A stretch of DNA of 64,000 nucleotides from an uncultured Lachnospiraceae bacterium (GCA_947630805.1 CANRIV010000008.1:4458-68457), one strand, 5' to 3'. Shown: positions 18,694 to 27,758, numbered from the stretch's first letter. The notes: a model not told the origin generated them from the sequence alone. Program-made: numbers and translations.

Positions 18694-21600
18694 TCTTACT
18701 TACCTCCTCTTCCGGATTTGCTTTCGCCTTATCCTGATTTTCTTTTATCCAATCGTATCCACGAAGCTTAAACTTCTTAACCATCTTTTCATTATCGTCG
18801 TAATATCCCAATTCCTGCATTTTACGTACGATTTCTTTGTTTACGTCGTTCTTCGCTTCATCTACGGCTACCTGTCCTGCCGTACCGTCGAATACCATTG
18901 TGGTCCAGATATTGGAAATTGTTCTTTCCAACAAATACTGTCCCGGTGTTCTGGTTACATCTGTTACATAATCAATCTGTTCTGTTACAACTTTCTTGTC
19001 CGCCTCGTCCATTGGATTGTTTTCCAAAGCGGCTCTGTTTGCAGACAACCAGAAGAATGTTTTTCCGTATGTGGAACGAAGTGTGTAGGTATACTCTGTC
19101 TGTACCTGTTTGCTGGTCCACCATTTGAGGAATTCCCAGGACTCATCTTTCTTTTCGGAATCTTTAAAGATAACGCCACCCGTTCCGTTTGCAACGAACG
19201 TTCTGTTGACTGTACCATCTTCCTGTGGTGTTCCGATATATTTTGAAATTGCCCACTTACCATCTAACTCTCTGGCACCGTTTTTAATCAGTGTGTAATC
19301 CTCCATACCGATAATACCTATCGGCAATACAGAATAACGGAATGAGTTAAAGAATGTATTTACTGAAGTTTCCAAGGAATACTTCGTAAATAAATCGCCA
19401 AGCAGCTGAAGTCCTTTTACGGAATTTTTGGAATCTATACCTGTAGTAACAATTCCTTCATCATCCTGTACATACAATTCACCCTTATTCTGTAAAATCA
19501 TTGGAGCTGTCTGATAAAACCATTTATAACCCGTTGTACCAAGAGAAATATTATGATAGAAATTCATTCCATATCTCTGGAGCGTTGGGAGAATCTGAAT
19601 TAATTCATCCCATGTATCCGGAACTTCCAGTCCCAGCTGATCCATAATATCTGTTCTGTAAACAACCGCGTTGAAGTCTGTTGTCTCCGGTATTGCATAC
19701 ATTCCTTCGTTATATACATAGGAAACAAAAGAGCCTGTTGGGAATCTTCTGGCTACAGTCCAGAAATCATCAAACTGTGTCAAATCATATAAAGCTCCAC
19801 GGCTGGACAAATCAAATGGAACATAAGACATGAGTCCCAATGCGATATCCGGTGTCTCATCTGCTGCAATGGCCAGTGTTATCTTACTGATATCCGGCAT
19901 TGTGGCAACTTTAACTTTAATATCTTTTCCGGTCTTTTCTTTATAATAAGGAACAAACTCTGTATCTGCCATCTTCTGTAACAGGTCTACATGGGTAATC
20001 GCTCTGTTGACCCAGATAGTAACAGTGTCTTCATCTTCCGTAGCCCCTGTCGCATATTTATCTGATGTAAATGTGTTTAAAAGAGTTCTTAAAGAAGTCC
20101 AGATAGAACTTGCCACGGATGGATTTGCCTTTTCCAAATTTTTCTCGTTGCCATGAATATATATTCTATCCAGTGTAAATTCATTGGACGTTACTTCTGT
20201 AGTAAAGTTACTCAGAGAAACGAGTATGGAGTTATCTGCTCCGGTCAAATCTTTTGTGTGAAGCGCAACTTCATCCGGATATTTCTGCATCTGATTGATG
20301 AATTCCTCTGCTTCATCCAAATATGCAAGCACTGCTCCGGCATTACCATTGGAAGAATATTTCTGAAGCATATATCTGATATGCTGAATCATTACTTCAT
20401 AGGCATCCAGATATTCCGGTATTTCTGGAATGTATTTTGTCATCTTCCAGTTACGCTCTGTATCTACATCGCTACCTGTAATCTTTGTGATTTCCAGTTC
20501 AAAATCCGTTATGTGCTGCTGTAGCAGTAAAGCATATCGGTATGCCTCCATAACAGGCTCATTTTCCTGCTTGATGGATATCGTATGCTTTCCTTCTGTC
20601 AGATAGAAATTATAGTAATTTCCATCTTTGTCGCTCAGCGTCTCGTTCTGATATCCTGAAGATACCGGAGCAAAAGCATAGTTGTACATTTCTTTAAAAG
20701 GTACCTGTCCATCAATCTTTATTGTTTCAAATGTCTGGAATTCTTTTTTGCTGTTCTGATAATGGAATGCGATATTATAATTTCCGCTCTTCTTTACATT
20801 AAAAGTATATTCTACTTCAATTCCTGCCGCATTCCATTTTAATGTATTTAATTTTTCATGATCTATGTTGAATCTTGTAAGTGAAGTTTTTGTCTCTGTG
20901 CCATAAATAGCATCCGTAGAATTTTTCCGTGTATAATATACGCCGTCTATCTGAAGTGCATCTTTCTTATCAGTAACCAGCTCTGCATCACTGTGCTGTG
21001 CTGCGTATTGCTCATAAGAAACAATATCTGTCGTTCCTTCCTGCACTTTCAATGCTCCAAGTGCCAACCCACCGGAGGAAACATTTTCTATTTCAATGGT
21101 ATTGTTTCCTTTTTCCAGGTAGAAGCACAATGGCGTACTGGATACATAAGTATTGTTATATAAATATGTATTTGTCCATACCTGAATTCTATTCTGGCTT
21201 GGAGGCATTTCATCTCCATAACTGTCTAATGGAAATTCTTTCCGGGCATCGCTGCTGACATAAGTATCTTTGTCCACATCTGTCCAGAGAATTGGGAGAG
21301 CAATTGTTTTCATTTCTGAATACTGCTGTTTTCCGTTTACAGCAACATTTACCGTGTAATCAGATAATGACTCTCCTACCGAAATATAATCTACAGACAG
21401 ATAATAAAGCCCTGCTTTTTTTACACTGACCTGATATTGTGCTTTGTCAGTATAGTCCAGTTCTACCATATCTTCGCTGTAGTCTTTTACAGCTTCCGGT
21501 ACTGTAGTGTCTGAATTTTCTTTCTTTTTACTTGTATAATAGTCATTGACATTTATGCCATTTTTTAATGTGGCCTGATATGAGCCGCTTCCGATATCCT

Positions 21601-21814
21601 TATTATCCTGAATAAAATCCGTGTAATAAACTTCCGGTTCTTCGCCCTCATTAAGATAAGCACTGGATAACAGATTATAAGCTTGCTCAAGCTTCTGGCT
21701 GTCTGCATCTTTTATGTATGTCGCTTCTTTTTTGAATACAAACTGATTCAGACAAACAGCCACAACAATGACACATATGACGCCTATTATGATTCCAATT
21801 ACTTTCTTTTTCAT
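18686..21814 (-). CDS. Very large membrane-anchored solute-binding protein (~1042 aa) with N-terminal CBM-like domains
   Basis: Start ATG 21814 (SD AAGGAAGGA). TM anchor KKKVIGIIIGVICVIVVAVC; two beta-sandwich-like blocks (VKKAGLYYLSVDY, VKKSGNYNIAFHY); C-terminal family-1 SBP (VVYRTDIMDQLGLEVPDTWDEL, SWEFLKWWTS). Confidence 0.8.
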   Translation of the reverse strand: MKKKVIGIIIGVICVIVVAVCLNQFVFKKEATYIKDADSQKLEQAYNLLSSAYLNEGEEPEVYYTDFIQDNKDIGSGSYQATLKNGINVNDYYTSKKKENSDTTVPEAVKDYSEDMVELDYTDKAQYQVSVKKAGLYYLSVDYISVGESLSDYTVNVAVNGKQQYSEMKTIALPILWTDVDKDTYVSSDARKEFPLDSYGDEMPPSQNRIQVWTNTYLYNNTYVSSTPLCFYLEKGNNTIEIENVSSGGLALGALKVQEGTTDIVSYEQYAAQHSDAELVTDKKDALQIDGVYYTRKNSTDAIYGTETKTSLTRFNIDHEKLNTLKWNAAGIEVEYTFNVKKSGNYNIAFHYQNSKKEFQTFETIKIDGQVPFKEMYNYAFAPVSSGYQNETLSDKDGNYYNFYLTEGKHTISIKQENEPVMEAYRYALLLQQHITDFELEITKITGSDVDTERNWKMTKYIPEIPEYLDAYEVMIQHIRYMLQKYSSNGNAGAVLAYLDEAEEFINQMQKYPDEVALHTKDLTGADNSILVSLSNFTTEVTSNEFTLDRIYIHGNEKNLEKANPSVASSIWTSLRTLLNTFTSDKYATGATEDEDTVTIWVNRAITHVDLLQKMADTEFVPYYKEKTGKDIKVKVATMPDISKITLAIAADETPDIALGLMSYVPFDLSSRGALYDLTQFDDFWTVARRFPTGSFVSYVYNEGMYAIPETTDFNAVVYRTDIMDQLGLEVPDTWDELIQILPTLQRYGMNFYHNISLGTTGYKWFYQTAPMILQNKGELYVQDDEGIVTTGIDSKNSVKGLQLLGDLFTKYSLETSVNTFFNSFRYSVLPIGIIGMEDYTLIKNGARELDGKWAISKYIGTPQEDGTVNRTFVANGTGGVIFKDSEKKDESWEFLKWWTSKQVQTEYTYTLRSTYGKTFFWLSANRAALENNPMDEADKKVVTEQIDYVTDVTRTPGQYLLERTISNIWTTMVFDGTAGQVAVDEAKNDVNKEIVRKMQELGYYDDNEKMVKKFKLRGYDWIKENQDKAKANPEEEVSKNE

Positions 21815-21839
21815 TGTTGTCCTTCCTTTTGTCATAAAA

Positions 21840-21866
21840 GCGGAACTACAAATCAGGTAGTTCCGC
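21840..21866 (-). terminator. Stem-loop downstream of the first SBP gene
   Basis: GCGGAACTAC / GTAGTTCCGC, perfect 10 bp, followed by TTTT on the minus strand. Confidence 0.65.
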
Positions 21867-21895
21867 AATTACTTATGTGATTAAACCCTTAATAT

Positions 21896-23572
21896 TTATT
21901 TTAAGTCTGCGTCTGTCTTTCCATAATATTGTTTTAAGGCTTCTTTTAACTGCGTCTGTGCTGTCTGAATACGCTTATTACATGTCTCGTTCCAATCAGA
22001 TAATCTTGATTTAACATTATCTGCCCAGTCTTTGTCTGTAAACCATGCGCCTGCTACTTCTTCCTGACCACAGTTAACCCATTCATATAAGGTGTCCTTT
22101 GTCTCGCCATTTTCAGTTACTGTACTGGTCCAGCATTTGTCGATGTAATCCCATGTCTTTCCTTCCTGCCAAATCTTCAGTACTTCCTGGAATCCTTCTT
22201 TGTCTTTGTAAACTTTATGTGCTGGAAGACTGTTCCAGATTTCCATCTGCTCATCATAAGCATCACCGGATACTACTGGGAAAGAATCTCCTGCTGCAGA
22301 CTTAATCTGTCCGTTTTCTGCCCACTGCTGGTCAAATACTGCCTGCTTTGCAACAGTACTTGCAGTCCAGAAAGATGCAAATGTGTATGCGATATCTAAT
22401 TTCTTCTTTTCTGCGTCACTCCACTCAGGATTTTTGTCATCCAGAGCATAATTGTGAAGACAGATAGGATCCATGATTAATTTAATTGTATTTTCACAGT
22501 AATCTGTAGATGGGTATGGATAAATATCCCAGTCAGATGATTTTATGTAAGCATCACTATCTTTTGCCGACTCATCTGCCCCTGCTGTCAAAAACCAAGG
22601 ATCTTCAAAGTTTACAAGAGAACGGTTGTTTGTAAAGTAATACCAGGAATAATCCGTACATTCTTTTACGATATCTACTGTGATATTCTTTGAGCCTTTT
22701 GCCACATCAATAGATTTCTCAGCCCATTTAGGGAAATATTTCAAAAGTGATTTTACTTCGTCGCTGTCCAGTTTTACTTCATTCTTTTCTGAAATCATTT
22801 TATTAATACTGTTTGTTCCAAGATTAACAATATTAACCGGTGTACCTTTCGCACCCCAGAATTCTTTTCCGTCTGCTTTTGTAACAAAACGTGTATATTC
22901 ATCAATATTCCAGTCAGGCTTTGGTACGTTGATGTTGTTATCCTGTGCCAACGCTTTATTTACCCAGATACCTCCCGGAATTGTATAAGATGGAAGTCCT
23001 GCCTGGAAACCATAATAATTCAGATTTTCCATCAGGGATTTGTTATATTTCTGATAATTTTCATCATCTTTATAAACAGACAAATCTGCAACAAGACCCT
23101 TCTTGATGTCGTTCGTAACATTTGTGGAGCCCCAGATATCAGGATATTTTCCATATTTTGCCTGGAAATTTTCCATCTCCTGCTCCCATGATGCTGTGTT
23201 GTACTGGTCAGGATCTCCTACTTTTGACCAGAGATTAATTTTAATATTTGGATATGACTCATGGAACTTCTGTGCCACTGCATATACCTGTGCTACATTG
23301 CTTGCAACAATTTTCTTTGGATCCGATAATTTCTTTCCTGCATCGCTGTCAGGATTTCCAATATCTTCATAGTATTCTCCATCACCGGACCATACCATAA
23401 TGGAAATGTCGCCCGCCGTATCTTTTGCCAATCCTGTTGTTATACCAAGTTCATCAGAGCTCCCACCCTTTGAATTTGATTTTCCTCCGCCGGCACATCC
23501 TGTCAATAACATAGATGTTCCAAGAACAAGAGAAAGTGATAAAGCTAATGCTTTACGGCCTAATTTTTTCAT
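21896..23572 (-). CDS. Lipoprotein solute-binding protein, family 1 (558 aa)
   Basis: Lipobox LLTGC, SD AAGGAGG; PDIWG, GIWVNKAL and PKPDWNIDEY SBP-like segments. Confidence 0.88.
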   Translation of the reverse strand: MKKLGRKALALSLSLVLGTSMLLTGCAGGGKSNSKGGSSDELGITTGLAKDTAGDISIMVWSGDGEYYEDIGNPDSDAGKKLSDPKKIVASNVAQVYAVAQKFHESYPNIKINLWSKVGDPDQYNTASWEQEMENFQAKYGKYPDIWGSTNVTNDIKKGLVADLSVYKDDENYQKYNKSLMENLNYYGFQAGLPSYTIPGGIWVNKALAQDNNINVPKPDWNIDEYTRFVTKADGKEFWGAKGTPVNIVNLGTNSINKMISEKNEVKLDSDEVKSLLKYFPKWAEKSIDVAKGSKNITVDIVKECTDYSWYYFTNNRSLVNFEDPWFLTAGADESAKDSDAYIKSSDWDIYPYPSTDYCENTIKLIMDPICLHNYALDDKNPEWSDAEKKKLDIAYTFASFWTASTVAKQAVFDQQWAENGQIKSAAGDSFPVVSGDAYDEQMEIWNSLPAHKVYKDKEGFQEVLKIWQEGKTWDYIDKCWTSTVTENGETKDTLYEWVNCGQEEVAGAWFTDKDWADNVKSRLSDWNETCNKRIQTAQTQLKEALKQYYGKTDADLK

Positions 23573-23593
23573 GTTTTTTATCCTCCTTCATCT

Positions 23594-23608
23594 TGAAAAA
23601 ATTTTTCA
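23594..23608. promoter_or_regulatory. Candidate operator downstream of the transcription start
   Basis: Palindrome TGAAAAA-A-TTTTTCA between the -10 box and the SD. Confidence 0.35.
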
Positions 23609-23645
23609 CCTACATTAGAATCCACATAGTGATATTCTTGAAATA

Positions 23646-23674
23646 ATTTTATCACAACACTATGTACAAATCAA
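23646..23674 (-). promoter_or_regulatory. SigA-type promoter of the glucan operon
   Basis: TTGATT-17 bp-TAAAAT with extended -10 TG. Confidence 0.7.
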
Positions 23675-23677
23675 CAA

Positions 23678-23703
23678 TTAAAAACGATTTTAAAACGATT
23701 TTT
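23678..23703. promoter_or_regulatory. Tandem LacI-type operator candidates just upstream of the -35
   Basis: TTAAAAACGATTTTAA (palindrome around CG, one mismatch) and a second AAAACGATTTT 11 bp further; both fit the AANCGNTT core. Confidence 0.5.
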
Positions 23704-23940
23704 CTTGTAGTATTTTTACAATTTTATCTTTCCCATTGTCAAAAAAACGTGTCATTTTTAACTATTTTTAACAAATCACATTTGTTAATTTATTCACAAT
23801 AACTATATTTGGAAAAATGTTTTTATAAAATACACGATATTGAGGTTGTTTGCGGACTCTCTCAAGGCATAAATCCGTAAGAACATCTGTCTTTTAAAAT
23901 CACTTCAATTCCCGACAGGGTATTTTTATCTTACAGAAAC

Positions 23941-23952
23941 GAAAGCGCTTCC
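23941..23952. promoter_or_regulatory. cre/LacI-like site
   Basis: GAAAGCGCTTCC with a perfect AAGCGCTT core. Confidence 0.35.
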
Positions 23953-23960
23953 TGCCAAAA

Positions 23961-23994
23961 TAAAAACCGCAGGAAATACGCCCTGCGGTTTTTA
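23961..23994 (-). terminator. Intrinsic terminator after the CBM-like gene
   Basis: TAAAAACCGCAGG / CCTGCGGTTTTTA, 13-bp stem. Confidence 0.8.
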
Positions 23995-24027
23995 GAAAAT
24001 TATTTTTTATTTTTTTATTTGTATGTA

Positions 24028-24825
24028 TTATTCAGAATCTCTCTTTCTGGCAAATACAACGATTACTGCTGCTGCAAGAATTGCTGCGGCTCCGCATGCT
24101 ATTGGTGCAAAGTCACCAGTTGCTACTGCAGAACTGCTTGTTGATGTAGATGTGGATGTACTTGTTGACGTACTTGTACTTGTAGATGTACTTGTGGAAT
24201 CATTTTTGTCTGAATCCTGTGTGCTGTTTGCTGCTGCAGGCTCACCCAAAGAGAATCCTGTACATTTAATTGTTGTAGAGAATGTAGCGTCTTTATCATC
24301 AATCGCAGATGCTCCACCAGGTGCAAACTTATATGGCTCTTTTTCGTCTTCTCTGTCACCAAAGTCTCCGCCTAATCCAAAATAAATGGAGTTTGCATTT
24401 GCTTTTGCTGTAAACTTCTCGTCTACTGTTGTAGCTTTACCTTTCTTTAAGTGTACCCACTTACCATATGCAAAAGTATCTTTTGTTGCAATCTTAATAA
24501 ATACCCATTTATCGCATCCTGTTGATGTGAGAGTACATTTTAACTCATATTCTGTACCTTTTTTGATGTCAACTTTTCCATTGCCTGTTTCATTGTTCTG
24601 GAATACCTGGCATCCCCAGATACCACCCCAGCCGATTGTGTCCATCTTTGCCGTCCAGCTGTCGGCTGACTGTGAAACCATCTTTCCTTCTGATCCTTCG
24701 TACCAAAGTCCATCTGTTAAACCAAAATAACTTCCCCATGTACTTGCAGCAAAACAATTTGAGTACATGCCGACAGTAAGAGCAAGTGCAGCAACTACTG
24801 CTGCAAGTCTTTTCAATGTCTTCAT
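24028..24825 (-). CDS. Cell-wall-anchored protein with a CBM4-like domain and Ser/Thr linker
   Basis: Signal peptide (AVVAALALTVGMYSNCFA); aromatic-rich beta domain (WGGIWGCQVFQ, IKKGTEYELKCTLTS); (ST)10 linker; sorting-like signal VATGD + hydrophobic stretch + RKR. Confidence 0.7.
   Translation of the reverse strand: MKTLKRLAAVVAALALTVGMYSNCFAASTWGSYFGLTDGLWYEGSEGKMVSQSADSWTAKMDTIGWGGIWGCQVFQNNETGNGKVDIKKGTEYELKCTLTSTGCDKWVFIKIATKDTFAYGKWVHLKKGKATTVDEKFTAKANANSIYFGLGGDFGDREDEKEPYKFAPGGASAIDDKDATFSTTIKCTGFSLGEPAAANSTQDSDKNDSTSTSTSTSTSTSTSTSTSTSSSAVATGDFAPIACGAAAILAAAVIVVFARKRDSE
24139..24198 (-). repeat. (Ser-Thr)10 coding repeat
   Basis: Ten ST dipeptides with mixed codons (TCC/AGT/TCT/TCA; ACA/ACG). 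Confidence 0.9.
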
Positions 24826-24871
24826 TTTAAATCCTCCTCTTAAAAATGCGAATTATCGCTTATATAACGTG

Positions 24872-24900
24872 AGTATAGCACGAACGCCTATTTTCTTCAA
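24872..24900 (-). promoter_or_regulatory. SigA-type promoter of the CBM-like gene
   Basis: TTGAAG-17 bp-TATACT with extended -10 TG. Confidence 0.65.
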
Positions 24901-25086
24901 TAATTAAAATTTGTTTTATTTACGTTTCTAACACTTTTTACAATATTTTAAAAGTATTACTGTATATTTTCACTAATGGCTGTTCATTTATTTGACAATA
25001 TGTGGTAACATATGTAGCGTAATAAAAGAATATGCAATAACAGGAAAAGTGCAGACGCTTTCCATTCCAACACCAGGAGGCAAATT

Positions 25087-25800
25087 ATGATAAGACTTAT
25101 TATTCTGGCGATAATGCTGGTAATATATTTTATTATTTCTCTGCCAATTCAGCTGGCAGAACTTATTATTGAAAAATTTAACATGGATTTGCGCAACAGG
25201 AGCAGTCTTTTTTTCGTGAATCTGGGATTGAAGTGTACCTGTCTGATTTCCGGAGTGAAATTAGAAGTCAGAGGGTATGATAATATCCCAAAAGACCGGG
25301 CGGTGCTGTTTGTCGGGAATCACACCAGTCTCTATGACATTATTGTGACATATCCCCTGATGAAACGTCCTACCGGTTATATTGCAAAAAAAGAAATCCG
25401 AAAGATTCCTTTTTTAAGCTGGTGGATGTATTTTGTCAACTGCCTGTTTCTGGATCGGAAAAATGCCCGGGAGGGTCTGAAAACTGTTTTAAAAGCTGCA
25501 GATATGTTACAAAACGGAATTTCTGTTTTTCTGTTTCCGGAAGGGACCCGTTCCAAGGACGGAAAACTGATGAAGTTCAAAGAAGGCGGCTTTAAAATTG
25601 CAACCAAAGCCAAGGCTCCGATTGTCCCTGTGGGCATTCAAGGTACCAGTGATTTGTTTGAGCGTCAGTTCCCGAGAATTAAATCGGCTAAAGTTGTCGT
25701 TACTTTTGGTCCGCCGATTGATACCGAAAATCTGGATAGGACACAGTTGAAAGAAATTCCACAGAAAGTACATGATGCAGTAGCGTCACTCATTCAATAG
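25087..25800 (+). CDS. plsC: 1-acyl-sn-glycerol-3-phosphate acyltransferase
   Basis: NHTSLYD (HX4D), YIAKKE, FPEGTRS, PIVPV motifs; SD GGAGG. Confidence 0.92.
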   Translation: MIRLIILAIMLVIYFIISLPIQLAELIIEKFNMDLRNRSSLFFVNLGLKCTCLISGVKLEVRGYDNIPKDRAVLFVGNHTSLYDIIVTYPLMKRPTGYIAKKEIRKIPFLSWWMYFVNCLFLDRKNAREGLKTVLKAADMLQNGISVFLFPEGTRSKDGKLMKFKEGGFKIATKAKAPIVPVGIQGTSDLFERQFPRIKSAKVVVTFGPPIDTENLDRTQLKEIPQKVHDAVASLIQ

Positions 25801-25874
25801 TTATCTTTTATCAGTTGTTTTTTTACTTTTGAAATGTTAAAATAGCACAAGATTACAAAATATGGAGGTATACA

Positions 25875-26336
25875 ATGATAATGAACACACCGATTTATGC
25901 TACCATAGCTCCCTGGACAATTGTTCTGATTGTTATTCTTGTTGTCCTGGTTGCTGCCGCGATTGCTCTCTATGTCTTCGGCAAAAAGGCAGAAAAGAAA
26001 CAGGCGGAACAGGAAAAAACATTAGCAGAAAACGCTCAGACGGTAAGCGTATTCGTAATTGATAAGAAAAAACTGAGATTAAAGGATGCGGGTCTTCCAA
26101 GCATTGTGATGGAGCAGGCGCCAAAATATGCCAGACGCGCAAAACTTCCTATCGTTAAAGTAAAGGCAGGTCCCCGCGTTATGAATTTAATCGCTGACGC
26201 TAAAATATTTGACCAGATTTTGCCAAAACAGGAAATTAAAGCCACTGTAAGCGGAATATATATTACTTCCTTTAAGCGAATCCGTGGACCAATCTACGAG
26301 CCGCCAAAAAAGAAAAAACGTTTTGGCCGCAAATAA
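25875..26336 (+). CDS. Hypothetical single-pass membrane protein with a basic C-terminus
   Basis: SD GGAGG; TM IVLIVILVVLVAAAIALYVF; Lys/Arg-rich cytoplasmic domain. Confidence 0.75.
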   Translation: MIMNTPIYATIAPWTIVLIVILVVLVAAAIALYVFGKKAEKKQAEQEKTLAENAQTVSVFVIDKKKLRLKDAGLPSIVMEQAPKYARRAKLPIVKVKAGPRVMNLIADAKIFDQILPKQEIKATVSGIYITSFKRIRGPIYEPPKKKKRFGRK

Positions 26337-26339
26337 TTG

Positions 26340-26386
26340 AAAATGACTGCATAGAAAATAATTTTATTTTCCATTGCAGTCATTTT
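26340..26386. terminator. Bidirectional terminator
   Basis: AAAATGACTGCA/TGCAGTCATTTT outer stem plus GAAAATAA/TTATTTTC inner stem between convergent genes. Confidence 0.75.
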
Positions 26387-26399
26387 ATTTTACCTTTTT

Positions 26400-26825
26400 T
26401 CAGGACAGAAACGGATTGATGTCTATTTCTATTTTGCTGTCCGATACTTTGCTGTTATTGGCATACAGTTCATAATCTATTTTCAGATTTACCCCTTCGG
26501 CGCTTTCTTCTAACATAACATCTTTTGTCATGATTTCTACCAGCAAATCTCCAAACGGCGTACTGTATAAAGATTGGTTGTTTTTCCCTTTATCAAACAG
26601 GAGTCGTCCACTGATATTTCCCTTGCGCAGCACTTCTGCGCTTGTTTTGTTAAATTTAATTGTATTTTTGGTCGTGCGTCCGCTTTCCTCATCAATATCA
26701 TCATAGAGTAAATAATGTTTATTATTTTTTATGTAATGTCTGCCGGGAGTAATTATCTCCACATTATCTCCCGTATTTTCTATGACCTGCATTCCGGATA
26801 TTTTTATAATTACATTGTTGTTCAT
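26400..26825 (-). CDS. DUF1934-family protein
   Basis: TPGRHY, YDD, TKNTIK, LYSTPFGDL, KIDYEL beta-barrel pattern; start placed at MNNNV (SD GAGG). Confidence 0.8.
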   Translation of the reverse strand: MNNNVIIKISGMQVIENTGDNVEIITPGRHYIKNNKHYLLYDDIDEESGRTTKNTIKFNKTSAEVLRKGNISGRLLFDKGKNNQSLYSTPFGDLLVEIMTKDVMLEESAEGVNLKIDYELYANNSKVSDSKIEIDINPFLS

Positions 26826-26826
26826 A

Positions 26827-27639
26827 CTAATATTCCTCAATATTTACGAGTCTAATCATCTCTGTCTTTACCGGCATAATGGAGTTTGCAAAACTTTTAA
26901 ACCGTTCTGCCGCATCACTGACATAATATTCATACACAGGGCTGTTCGTCTTATCTGCGGCAATGCCTTTCTGATTTAATAGTTCTCCCAGGCTGACAGC
27001 TGTCTCATAAGCCGGATTTACCAGATTGACCTTATTCCCCATAATCTTTCCCACAGTGCTTCTCAACAAAGGATAATGGGTGCATCCCAAAATCAGGCTG
27101 TCTATCTCCTGCTTTTTTAAATCATTCAGATATCTGGATGCGATTTCATCCGTTACGGTATCATGAAGCATCCCTTCTTCTACCAACGGTACAAACAGAG
27201 GACATGCTTTCCCCAAAACTTCTATATCCGGATCAATTCCGTGGATAAATTCTGTATACAATTCGCTTTTGATGGTGCCTTCCGTTCCAATGATACCGAT
27301 ACGTTTATTTCTGGTATTGGCGATAGCAGACTTTGCTCCCGGTTTTACCACACCGATCATTGGAATATCCAATTCTTTCTCGATGGTATCCAGTGCATAG
27401 GCACTGGCTGTATTACACGCCACTACGATTGCCTTGACATTTTTTGTCCGGAGAAATCTCACAATCTGTCTGGAATATCGGATAATCGTTTCTTTTGATT
27501 TTGAGCCGTATGGCACACGGGCCGTATCTCCAAAATATACAATACTTTCATTCGGAAGCTGCCGTATTATCTCTCTCGCCACTGTCAGGCCACCCACGCC
27601 GGAATCAAATACGCCAATGGGTGTATTATTATCACTCAT
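26827..27639 (-). CDS. murI: Glutamate racemase
   Basis: GVFDSGVGGLTV, GDTARVPYG, ACNTAS, LGCTHYP. Confidence 0.97.
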   Translation of the reverse strand: MSDNNTPIGVFDSGVGGLTVAREIIRQLPNESIVYFGDTARVPYGSKSKETIIRYSRQIVRFLRTKNVKAIVVACNTASAYALDTIEKELDIPMIGVVKPGAKSAIANTRNKRIGIIGTEGTIKSELYTEFIHGIDPDIEVLGKACPLFVPLVEEGMLHDTVTDEIASRYLNDLKKQEIDSLILGCTHYPLLRSTVGKIMGNKVNLVNPAYETAVSLGELLNQKGIAADKTNSPVYEYYVSDAAERFKSFANSIMPVKTEMIRLVNIEEY

Positions 27640-27758
27640 ATCTGTTATACACCTTTATTCCCTTTATTTTCTCGTCTTATTTTACCTTTTCTATTATAAT
27701 AATTCAAGAGTAACCTTATGCCTTTTCCCTGTTACCGTACAATTTATTTCCATTTTAT

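Noticed and set aside
10223-23572. Absence of an ABC ATPase gene as a novelty
   Set aside because: Firmicute carbohydrate importers commonly share a distant MsmX-type ATPase; the mal operon here also lacks one.
24139-24198. Phase-variable microsatellite
   Set aside because: Codon usage within the (ST)10 repeat is mixed and in frame, consistent with selection at the protein level.
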